From Ramazzottius varieornatus (taxonomy: Eukaryota > Animalia > Tardigrada): 64,000 bases of DNA. Of the stretch, positions 12,740 through 23,693 are shown piece by piece. A model generated the notes under the pieces. The model was not told the DNA's origin, ran no database searches, and worked only from the letters and a program-made list of their open reading frames with translations. The number at the start of each line of letters is the position of its first letter. The stretch's first letter is position 1. The DNA is taken from positions 2,044,478 through 2,108,477 of the forward strand of contig BDGG01000001.1 of NCBI GenBank assembly GCA_001949185.1. Direction: 5' to 3'. Made by a program: the position numbers and the translations under genes.

Positions 12740-12848
12740 AGTCTATACTCTATATCACAGTCATTCAGTCTTCGAAAATCAAACTTTCCAAGGAGAAATT
12801 CACTTTTATGTGTAAAACGAATCTTCTATGTTTGGTGTAGAACTCAAC

Positions 12849-13474
12849 ATGAATAACACTGGAAGCGGAACTCGTCGGGATTGGGAAGGCCATGGCGCAA
12901 GCACCAACAGTTACCCAAGTGGACCACCGGATTTCACAAAGCCAGGTGGCGGAGCACCAGACTTTTCTCGGACTACAACTACTACTTCCGAGTCTTACAG
13001 CTCTTCTTCTACGGGTATGCCGCAGGACGGCTCGCAGGCATTCCAGAGTGACCAGTTTAGTTCGGAAGTGAGGGACCAGCCGACTGGATTGATGGGACAG
13101 GTGGCTGCGGCAACCGATACTGCCAAAGTGGCGGCCATGAGCGCCTTCGAAGGAAGCAAGAACCTGGCTCGCCAGGCATCGGAAAGCGCCAAGAACCTCG
13201 CCACAGGAGCCTGGTACGTGTCACAACCCAAATTGAATTACTGATTCGGTTTTGAATTAATTCAAATGATAGCGTAGTTCACACTGACTGGCGCATCCCT
13301 TCGTAACCCGCGAACCTTTTCTATACCATTACTTTTTGTTCATTTATTTTTACATCAGGATATCGGGACAAGCTAGACTCTGCTAAGTTAATTATTACGG
13401 GTATTCTGAATCACCATTTCTATTTTCATGTTTGCAGGGATAAGATTTCCAGCTTGACAGGACCTAAACCATAG
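12849..13474 (+). CDS. Small hydrophilic LEA-like protein (~133 aa) with 11-mer amphipathic repeats
   Basis: Exon 12849-13213 plus 13438-13474. The C-terminus reads in 11-mer register ATDTAKVAAMS/AFEGSKNLARQ/ASESAKNLATG/AWDKISSLTG; the N-terminus is G/S/T/P-rich. Confidence 0.7.
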
Positions 13475-14379
13475 TCTGGAGCCGACTTCCTCATTTTCTC
13501 CTTCTTTACAACCTGGATCGATGACTCCCTTTCCCTCGTCTCCTGGCGTTTCATCCCATGTGCATTCAGGACCGTTTTATAACCGAGTACCTGAGGCACT
13601 TGTTCAGACATTCGTATTGTGTAGACCGTGTGATTACGTAGCTAGGGTTCTCCGGGTTGGCTGGGATCTTCATTTGCCTGTGTTGAGTCTCTTTGACGTT
13701 CGTCACGCTGCATGTCAATGTGTCCATATGGATCCTTATTGGTGCGTTATATATAGCAATGGATACAGTAACATCATCTGGCATATTGATGTTCTGAACG
13801 GCTAATTTGACGTCTTAACTGTTTTTCTGACACTGTCATACGAATAGTCGGAAGAGATCCGTTCGGTCTCGCCTGATCGATTTTCCCCCGAAGCTGTAGG
13901 GCGTCCCTCAAGCGTCCTCCCACATGTAAAACTATCCCTTTACAATACCGTATCTGACTGTTACCCAGTACGAGCTACTGCATTCCGACATAACCACCCT
14001 GTATAAAGATTTCGAACAAGCTAAAAGTGCCCAGGTATTCGACGAACCCAACCTTAGTCGACCTCAGCTCAACGTTTCCTGCTTTTACAGCCAAGTGAAA
14101 TACTACTTGGTCCTTAGTCGTCATCGAGGCCTGCAACGATGCAAGGACACTCTTGAAGTCGCCGAATGGCTTCCGTACGGTTAGCTTCCTTCGTCCTGCG
14201 TGGTTCGGGGCGAGATCCGCAGGATAACGTCTTGATTCCACTGTCCCGTTGCTTGTACTACCGCCAAAACGTCAGACTACTGTATCAGGTTCGCTCATTG
14301 TGCTTCGTGTAATCAGAAGTGTCTAGAAGTCCGTCATGGTCCCGCCACTTCCTACCTGCTGCCTTGAATCGTCAACATG

Positions 14380-15300
14380 GACCTAAGATTAGTACTGAAC
14401 CAAATTTGCCTGGGGCCCCCAGAGCGGCGATATCATCGCTACCACGGCGAAAGCAAACAGGCTCAATAATTCTGGAATCATCCTTGGTCCTTCGGCTCGG
14501 TAGACCGTCTTCAGCTCTTGCGGATCCATCAGGACAACGTAGTCTCCAAACGTAAAGCATACCGTGAATTTGACTTGACCATCTCGGAAGTGTACTTGGG
14601 ACTCTCACCCTCAGCTTCGTTTTGCTTTCTTTCCTGTAGAAGAGCAGAACACACGGTAGTAATGCCCTACATACTGCATTTCGCACAAACTAGCAATTAC
14701 GTCACGAATATTGTATAGTGACCGGCATGATGACCATATACAACCAGCACTAAACGATGACGTCAGGCGCGTTAGGACTATCAAATTTACCTGATTTTCG
14801 GAGGTTGAACCGGTATCCAACAAAGCATTGACGGTGTTGCCATCTTTGTACCCGGGAACCAGGGGCTGCTGAAACCCCACCGCTTTAAATTTCTCCTTGT
14901 CGAGCGAGGTGGCACCAGTTCTTTCATGTTTCAAGATGACGTCTGATGTTGAAGTCTCGCCAAGTCGAACTGTCCCATCCTTTGAGAATATGATCGGAAG
15001 TGGTAATTTTTACGTCATACGTCGGCCGGAAGTACAAGTCGTCGGCGGAGTTGTAGAAAACCTCCAACACGTCATGCACTAGCTCGCGTCTTCCGGTAAG
15101 AAACTCGTAGTTCCCTCGTCTGTGTCGGAGACCGAGTTCGCTGTATTCAGGCAGATCTGGATCGAGCGATAGCGGTGGTCCGAATGTCCGGCAGGTGGGC
15201 TAGGAGCCGCCGAGTTGCTCTGTACAGACTGTACACCAGACGCGAACGAAGGAAGTCGATCTTTTGGGAACATAAAATGGCTCCACGGTCGAAATGGATG
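14380..15300 (-). mobile_element. Degenerate LTR-retrotransposon (Ty3/gypsy-like) relic
   Basis: Retropepsin-like VNALLDTGS (~14807-14832). Downstream FTFGDYVVLMDPQELKTVYRAEGPRMI resembles the integrase GPY/F module. Broken frames; no LTR pair found. Confidence 0.4.
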
Positions 15301-16677
15301 TTGTTGATTCGATTCTATCTATTGCAGTGGCAGTGGAAGGGGAAGTTTGCAGGAGAAGATCGCTAAGTAAGGAGAGTCACAATTTATGCCAAGTCGGCCT
15401 GCCAGACTGAATCTGTAAAGGAGACCGCGATGATGTAGACTTTTGTGTGAGGATTAAGAGCGGGAAAAAAAGGCCAGAACGTTCGGGCTGCTCACCAACA
15501 GATCCTCGACATTCTGCACTCCCGAATGTGCGCTTAAAACGGTCGGATTTTTGCTGTGTGATCAAAAAGACTGTTATTTGGCGAGCAGTAGTGTCTGGTT
15601 TGTTTGTTTATTTCTACCGTTGATCCATGCGCGTCTGGAGTCTCTGGGTTCTCTGGACTGATTTCGTTCACCGAAGCCTTGTTCTCGTAGTCACAACGTA
15701 GTGTTTCAGACTTCGAAATGGGTGGACTCTGAAATAACAGCTGTGATTACTGAATGATCTGTTGGAGAAGAGAGGATGGGACGTTCAAAAGAAGTGTTGG
15801 TCTATGAGCAGTTGGGAGTTGGTAAGCAGCCGTCACTGATGTGCTGCTGAAGCGCGCGTTGCTGGAAGCAAGGACCGTAATGTATCCTTGACGTTATGCA
15901 TCAAAGCATAATGCGGGGCAGATTTTAGTCATGACGCAACCGTTCTGTGACGTACCAGATTGTTAGTTTGACCAAAAAGTAAGATCATTCAATCAACCTC
16001 CACCGCAGCTTGGTTATGAAAAAGAATCAAAACCACACCTCGGTTGATTGACTGCACCTGTCAGCTCAATATTCGAAAAAGCACTTATGCCGGGATTCGA
16101 TGCCAAGGTTTCCTATATACGAGACCTGGCTCCGGTAAATTTATGGCCTACCATTTTAACTTTGTGCGTTTTGGCTTGCTATGCTTCGACAGACGCGCGC
16201 TTCAGCAGCACATCACTGGCAGCGATTTCACTTCCCGTTCCGGCATCGCGCTTGCTGAAGTATGAACCTAGCGTTTGTACGAAACCCACAACACGGGTCA
16301 CAGGACATCGCCTGTTCAAAAGTGAAGCCGTCCTTCAATCCTCCTTATCCCAGCCTGAAGCACCACGCTAATGAATGCGACCAAGCCCTTCGCGCGTCAT
16401 CGGTTTGATCGACGAGGGAAGGAGATCGATTGAAGCTTGCGCAAATGCAGACACCTGATGGAGGATAGCGTGAGCGATGGAAGTACAATCCACAGGACGC
16501 GCCGTTCTCTCGACCCAGTCTCTGAGGACTTTGATGTGGTACGGCAACGTTTGGTGAGTCGTGCTCAGCGGAATAATTTAAGAGAATCTCCATCAGTGAC
16601 TCTGTTCTTCCACTGTTGCCATATGTTCTTCTCTGGCAACGCGTAAAGTTCTTCCTCTATCTGAACTCCACCTCGCC

Positions 16678-19600
16678 ATGATCACACTACGATGTCTGGT
16701 ATTATGCGGCTGTTTTGGACTTATCTTTTGCCTAGATATCAAGTTTAAACACCACAGCCAGGCGGAACTCGAAGAAGCGCTGGTCAACATCGTCGAAGCA
16801 TGCCCCAACATCACGCGCGTCTACCAGCTGGAGAATCCTTCCGTCCTGGGGACGCCGTTATGGGTGCTGGAGATGTCGGACAATCCTGGCGTTCATGAAC
16901 CCAGTAAGCCTTGATTCTATTCCCCGAAAAATAGTATGAGTTTAGTCCAGAACAATCGAAATTGTGCTGTTATCCGATACGCCATTTCCAGGTAAACCGT
17001 GACGTCACTGCGGTTTCATTTTGCAGTGACGTCGGGCGCAAGTTGTAAATGGGACACCAGCAAATGATTCCACCCAGATCGTGTTCACCAGTAGCGCACT
17101 TTTCCAGTGTTATTGGCAGAGAGTGTGCGTCACTTGGAAAACGATCTGCGTGAATCATTCCCAAATAGCTTTCTTTTCGATTTTGTGTTACAATTCACCT
17201 GACTGACTTACATCAAACTCTTTCGATCTTCTAGACTTCGTCGGCCTATAAGGTTGAGTTTAAAAGACTTGGATAGTTGTTGATCATGTTTTTCGATTCT
17301 AGCCGAGCCTGAATTCAAGTACACTGCCAACATCCACGGTAACGAAGTGGTCGGACGCGAACTGATTCTCCACCTGGCCGCCTACCTTTGCGAAGAGTAC
17401 CAAGCCGGAAACAAGGATATCCGGGCTCTGATCGACTCTACCCGCATCCACCTGCTGCCGACGGCCAACCCGGATGGGTACGCCGCTGCAGCTGTCAACG
17501 GGCCCAAAGGAGAGTGGCTTGAAGGTCGTTCCAATGCCAACGGCGTCGACCTTAATCGCGACTTCCCTGACCTGAACCAACTCGCTTACGAAGAGGGCAA
17601 CTCGGTCACCAAGAATAGCTACAACAAGATGCTGCAGGTGGCCAATCAGTTTGCACAAGTAAGTCTTTCTGGTTGATTTCCGGTTCGGTAAACAGGAAAT
17701 ATTTTCGCGAAAAAACAGACGAAATGTTTAAAAAACGTTTTCCACGCTGAAGAAGAAGAACAAGAGCAGTCAAAAGGACACTAAAGTGGTGGATTTAATA
17801 ATTAAAATTGATCTGGGATTTCGTTTCCGCAGATGCAACCGGAAACACTCTCGTTGGTCACATGGATCTTCGATAATCCCTTCGTCTTGTCGGGTAGTCT
17901 ACATGGTGGTGACCTTGTTGTCAACTACCCGTACGACGAAAGCCGATCCGGGAAGCCATCGGAAGAGTACACGGCATCACCTGACGACGAGACCTTCAAA
18001 CAGCTGGCGTTGGCCTACGCCAGCAACCATCGTCAGATGATGAATGTTGCACGAAGTGCGTGCGAGCTGAACGGTGTCAACTTCGCCAAGCAGGGTGGAA
18101 TTACGAACGGCGCTGACTGGTAAAAACCATAATCCGCGACCACACCCAACTTCAAAACCTAAAATGAAATGTTTGATCAAGGGATGCAAAAACGACAAAA
18201 TCGGGCTGCAAGGGGCGCATTTTGGCAGCTAGTATCACTAAAAGTGCGCCACTTAAGAGAACAACCGTGTCGACGTTGTTCCAGACCTCCCATACCAACG
18301 CATAAATAGAATCGAAACTAGATTAGGATTTGATGCCTTCTCTATGACCTTCTCACGCGTAAAAAGTCCAAGCCCTGGACGTTTTTTCGAGCCGTTGGTT
18401 TTGTTATCCTTGAGCGTATTTATAGGTACAGTGTTCGAGGAGGCATGCAAGACTTCAATTACTTGGCTTCGAATGCATTGGAGCTGACAATGGAGTTGGG
18501 CTGCCGCAAGTTCCCTGAAGAGAAGGAACTGAAGCGTTATTGGGACGACAACAAGGAAGCCCTCTTGAACTTTATGTGGCAGGTATTAATCAACAGCGTT
18601 ATCAATAGTCCTCTCCACTCCAGGTCATCCCGGATAATACATTTAATCTCCAGGGTTTACCATTCTGACAAAGGCGAAAGAATAATTTCTGATTGACATC
18701 ACTTGACCTTTTCCACAAAAATATCCATAGAAAATTCTGGAAATTTCAGCACTGACTTTTCTTGTAAATTTTTTCCCATTCAATGGTGACATTACCTTCT
18801 TCCTTTTTCAGGCGCATATCGGTGTGAAGGGTCTCGTGTACGACCTCATCACCGGAGAACCCATCTCAAACGCCGTGATTGTCGTCAGGAACATCACTAA
18901 TGGAAAGGATGAGCGACTCAACCACAACATCACCTCGAGTAAGTTCGTTAATCACAGCGCGGCTGTAAGCCTTTTAAGTGCAATCGGATAAAGCCCCGAG
19001 CAGCTCACACTCGTGGTTTCAAGTGTAATCCTTGAGAGCGGAAGCAGGGCGCAGTCATCCCGCACGGAGGCTTCCGTAATCCCGGAGAGGCCTTTGAAAC
19101 AACAAGGATGTTTTTGCTTTCTAAATATTAAATATAGAACGACTTGAAGCGTGTTGGTCCACGTTTAATATTTCTGTTAAATTTAGACGAATGGTTTTAA
19201 CTGGTTAAATATTACATGGAAGGTTAGCCATGGTCGGTTCAATCATATATATCTGTCTTTTCAGCACAATATGGCGACTACTTCCGACTACTATCCCAAG
19301 GTAAATATGAGATATACGTCGAAGCTCCCGGCTACATCCCACAAGTGGAAGTGGTAACGGTGAAGGCTCAACGCGCAAACCGAAACGAGCCTCCAGTCGA
19401 GCCCGTCCTGGTGACTTTCGCCATGATCCCACGCCAGATCGACCAGACGGCTTATCTGGAGAACTTGAGGTAAGACTTTCAATCGGAAAACCGGGAAGCT
19501 CCGAATTCCACAAGAACCGACGATCTACGCTTGGGCACGGCCTGGTCTGGCGACGGGCATTAGTCAAGGCCGTGTCGTGAGTTATGAACCAGATCGTTAT

Positions 19601-20089
19601 CCCAAGGGGCGCAAGCTTTCGTTGTTACTGATCGAAAGCGTGCGCCACTTGGAAAACGATCTGGATCAGATCATCTGTCCACGTCCCCAGTATGATATGA
19701 GCATTCAGTTCAAGATCGCATACTATTTCAGTGCTGATCGAGCCGCGGCCGATGACGAGCAAGACTACTCGGATTTGGAAGGAGACAGAGAAGCTTTGCC
19801 GAAAGGTCGGCAGGAAGACGATGACGTCCGGAACGTAATGGACCTGCTAAAGAACTCCCCGCGACACGGCGTCGTTCCTTTGTCACAGGAAATGAACGTG
19901 AGTCCCGCCAATGACGAGGAAGCTGTCAAGGAAATCCTGAAAATGCTAGAGGAATCAGGTTACCCCTCAATGAACACAGTCAGTGAGGAGAAAGAACAGA
20001 AGTCCGTGAAGAAAGAGAAGGGCAACAATGAAAAGAAGATACCAACGCTGGCGGAGATCCTACCGAAAATGAAGACACGAAAAAGTTGA
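16678..20089 (+). CDS. CPE: Carboxypeptidase E-like metallocarboxypeptidase (M14B), 7 exons
   Basis: Signal peptide; [27 protein letters not shown] (HxxE), [60 protein letters not shown], transthyretin-like GVKG...GDYFRLL. Confidence 0.92.
17001..17033. repeat. Perfect 11-bp-arm hairpin overlapping a CRE (TGACGTCA)
   Basis: gacgtcactgc-ggtttcatttt-gcagtgacgtc in CPE intron 1. Confidence 0.6.
17051..17159. repeat. Palindromic element copy P6 (core 17089-17135)
   Basis: aatgattccacccagatcgt...cagtagcgcac-ttttccagtgttattggcagagagt-gtgcgtcactt...acgatctgcgtgaatcatt; CPE intron 1. Confidence 0.9.
18181..18291. repeat. Palindromic element copy P7 (core 18210-18254, 45 bp)
   Basis: aaggggcgcat...gtgcgccactt; CPE intron 3. 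Confidence 0.75.
19585..19688. repeat. Palindromic element copy P8 (core 19604-19650)
   Basis: gaaccagatcgttatcccaaggggcgcaagctttcg...cgaaagcgtgcgccacttggaaaacgatctggatc; CPE last intron. Confidence 0.92.
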
Positions 20090-20544
20090 CGATAGATAAT
20101 AACCTCTATTGTGGGAAAAGGAAGATGAGCTGAGGTTATTTACGCGTTTCTTTCATGTATTTTAAAACGGCTTTTTCCGGTCATTACCCCTTTCGGTGCA
20201 AATTTCATCTTTGACATTACAACCGGCAAAGCGATGGCTCTTGTAACAGTCCTGCACCGTCAGGTCGAATTTCAGGGAATCCATCTAGCACCGCACAATC
20301 CATTTCCCATTTTGTTCATTCTATGAATGGATTTTTGTTACAAAGTTTATTATTGCTTGTCAGAACTAGTCATTGCTTCCATCACAAAATATAACTAAAA
20401 ACCTAGACGGAAGAGGAAAGTGTCTTTGACGAAAGAAAACTTTAGCAATTTGGCGGCAAAAGTAAACTAGAACAACCTTAAAAAACTGTCGTGCAAGCAT
20501 GTCAAGATGAGACTCCGAGGGGTAAAGGTTGTGAAAGAAATATA

Positions 20545-20949
20545 TCAAGGATTAAAATTACTTGTGTGTTCCTTCTGCTGCTCCTTATTTTTCTCCGGTA
20601 CGTCTTTCGTGGCTTCACTTACAACACCATTCTCACTCGGCCTGGTAGTTAGTGTCCCAAACTCGTTTACACCTTCCGGGTTCTTCACCGGATCGCGGTT
20701 CTCCCTCATCACAGCCGCACCGGCAACATCCGTAGCCATCGTGGCACCTTCTCGTGCTATCTTTGCCTGCCCTTGCGTACTATACTTGATCACTTCTTGA
20801 TTCCGCACGTTCTGATCTTGCCTCCTTTGGAAGTTAACGTTTCCCAGGATATGATTGATCGAAGCATCCAAACCAACAGGCAGATCGGCCTTGTTTAACT
20901 GCGCATCCATGTGCTTCTCCTTCCCCTCAATTGTCTCGCTCATCTTCAC
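20545..20949 (-). CDS. Hypothetical small hydrophilic protein
   Basis: 134-aa ORF with coding-like composition; no family recognised. Confidence 0.5.
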   Translation of the reverse strand: MKMSETIEGKEKHMDAQLNKADLPVGLDASINHILGNVNFQRRQDQNVRNQEVIKYSTQGQAKIAREGATMATDVAGAAVMRENRDPVKNPEGVNEFGTLTTRPSENGVVSEATKDVPEKNKEQQKEHTSNFNP

Positions 20950-21129
20950 TGATCAACTTTCGAGAAAACAACGGGAAGGTGAACCCGCGAGCCACTGATC
21001 CCACCTCGTCAAGCAGCGCAGGCGCTCAAGTGAATCGGCGCAAACCTTGTCACGCAAGCAAGCGGAAGGATGACTACCCACAATGTCAAACGATGCAGTA
21101 GAACAAACGATTGATCAGGTTTACCTACA

Positions 21130-21230
21130 GGGCGAACAAGCTCGACAGGGTGTCATCCCCCAAGTGGCGCACGATCTCGGTATTATTAGCTACAGGCATG
21201 CGTCAGTTCAAAAACGATCTTTCAAGTATG
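21130..21230. repeat. Palindromic element copy P9 (core 21162-21208)
   Basis: ccccaagtggcgcacg...catgcgtcagttcaaaaacgatct; between two minus-strand CDSs. Confidence 0.8.
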
Positions 21231-21345
21231 TTCGCGTTGGTCCCACTTCATCCGATGTCCCATACCTGTTCAAGAAACTGTGAGGTAAGCCTATAGGCAG
21301 AAGCTGGTGCTGGTGACTGGTGAGAGGAATGGTGAAATCCTGGCA

Positions 21346-23518
21346 TTATTCTGATTTAGGAAGGGTCTTCCGCGGTCCGGGGTTATCCTGCGCTTCGTCG
21401 ATGATACTATCACTCGCTGCTTCATGGATGTCGTCAACGATGCCTTCTGCATCAGCGTTCGTAGAAGCGGACATTCTGAGATTGCTGAACCGATTATCTC
21501 CTTCTTTTGGCTGCGCTATGGTTTCGATCACAGTAGCTGAGGTGTGCGCATGCGGGCCGCGACTCACTACCTGCGGCTCGAGCCCGGGTGTCTTTCGTTT
21601 ATCGTAGTCAAAGTGACCTCCCTGCCAGGGTTTGGGTGGCGGAGGAAGGCCGTACAGTGGACGCTCGGTCTCGCCCCGCATAATGTGCGGATGGGCGTCG
21701 ATGATCCTGGACATGGAAAGTTCTAGTGGCGTGTATCCAGAGGGCGTCCTCCTCTCACCTAAAAACGACCATCACAGTTCCTGTTTACTGTTTCGACAAA
21801 GCGGATAAGCAGTTAAACATGAAACGTACCAGGCAGACGACTGTTGACAGGTTTCAGGGATGTGGCGCTCGAAACGGAAGGGGTATTCGGAAGAGGAAGG
21901 GTATCCGGCTCCACGATAATCTAAGTGAATGAGCAGGGAAGGTAAATCACAAGACTGATATTACGAACAATGTATAAGCCGTATTAGTTCGTAGCCCGAA
22001 GTATTGATGAGCATTGCCTCATCTTGGTGCATATCCTGCTGTTGAAGGTCCTGGGGGACGACAGGTCTTTGATCAACCGGAACATCAATCTGGGTAAACA
22101 ACGCAATCCTTGACACTACAGGTGTTGTACAGAATTACAAGTTCGAAAAAACAGGAGTCCTGATACCTTTCCAAAACTGCGGTCTTTCTCCTCGTAATCT
22201 TTCTTCTTCGGAAAGAGTTCAGGTTCGTTCAGCTTGGATGTGGACAAAGCAGCCACTTGTTGTCCAAAGTGAACACTCTGCAAAAATGAAAATTCAGACA
22301 TTTCTTTGCTGTATTATTCATCTGGTTAGAAGAAATCTGGCAAGCGAGTTTACGTACCTCCTTCTGGACACGGTTGGATCGTTCGTCCACGTTTTCCGAA
22401 GACGTCACACGGAGGACTTCGCCGCTCGCATCGTTTGGGTTTAGTAAGGCCCGCTGTGACGCTGCTATTGGTAAAACAAACATGAAAAACATGTTGCAAA
22501 ACTACTACACGTACGGTGAGAAATTATAGGACAAGCGGAAAGGACGGCAAAATAGAAATTCGAACGTAGAAAAGTGTCGAAGAGTGTATTAGAGTGAATT
22601 AGATGTGTAGGTATGTGCTTCCGTACCGCCATTGCGAAAAGCCCTGTCTCACAATTTTTACTGTCCCATATTTCTCGTCGTACGTTTACAGCAACTATAA
22701 AGTACCGTAAGTGTACCTGGAGATAAGTTGGTGGGCGACCTGGCCGTGCTGACATTCGAATGGGTACTTGCAGAGGGCTGAAGGCTTCTTTGGGAGGCTC
22801 CAGCAGATGGTTGACGATAGGAAGCTGCAACAACCGCTCCCTTAACAGCTGGGAAAACTTTCCCATAGAGTACCTGAACGGTATTGTTTGAAGACTTAAC
22901 CTGTAGATGCACCGGAATGGACCGGGTGAATGGCGTTCTGTGACGGCACATTCGGCTGTAGACGGTTGTTTGTGTGGTGGTCGTCAGTGGACGGATGATT
23001 ACAGGAGTCTGAGAGACAACATTTTGAACAGCTTCATATCGGCATTCGACATGAAGAAATATTAGAGAGCTTACGGGAAGCAGAAGGGAGGTTCGTCCGG
23101 CTGGAACCTGGGCGTGGTCCGTTCTGAAACATGGCACGTGCCGTTACTTCCGGTTCAGGGAACTGAACTCGAGAGCGCTTAGAGAGCAGTGCCAGGGTCT
23201 TTTCGGACACCGAATCGCGGACGGGAGTGCTGGATGCTGTTGAGTGATCGACGCTTTGCCTTGAAGTCGGTCTGGATAGGGTAGTCTTTGAAGCCGACGA
23301 GGTGGCTCTACTGTTTTGGGAATACATACTGGACGAAGATACTGCAGCTGAAAACAGAGGCCACGACTGAAGGCTACGTTACTATTACAGAACAGAAGAC
23401 CAATGTACTTGCCTTTGGCTTTGGTGCTATTACTAGACGAAGCGGGCCGCAATGTAGTACTAGAAACCTGCGGTAATTTCAATTGACTGTTGGATCTGGT
23501 AATTGCGGATGGTGCCAT
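21346..23518 (-). CDS. Hypothetical Ser/Thr/Pro/Arg-rich multi-exon protein
   Basis: Chain of minus-strand ORF segments with GT-AG introns (MAPSAITRSNSQLKLP... to ...RKTLPKSE*); phase checked only for the last three exons; no family recognised. Confidence 0.55.
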
Positions 23519-23693
23519 ATCTATTGCGGAGGACTGAGTTGACTTGATGGCTGCGAAAAAATACATCTTGGATAATGATATTATGACACGTGAAAATAAA
23601 AATGTCGAACGACCGCGCTTTTCCCACACTTACGTACGTCAACGCCGTCTTCCGCCTTCGAAGGCTCTTCTTCAGCCTTCCCAGGTATCTCGT

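Noticed and set aside
18960-19110. Possible small TIR element in CPE intron 5
   Set aside because: The terminal complementarity is too weak to call.
19577-19731. N-terminal part of ORF 19577..20089 and similar peptides (KWRTF, VRHLGKRSG) in other short ORFs
   Set aside because: These are translations of the intronic palindrome, not a protein motif.
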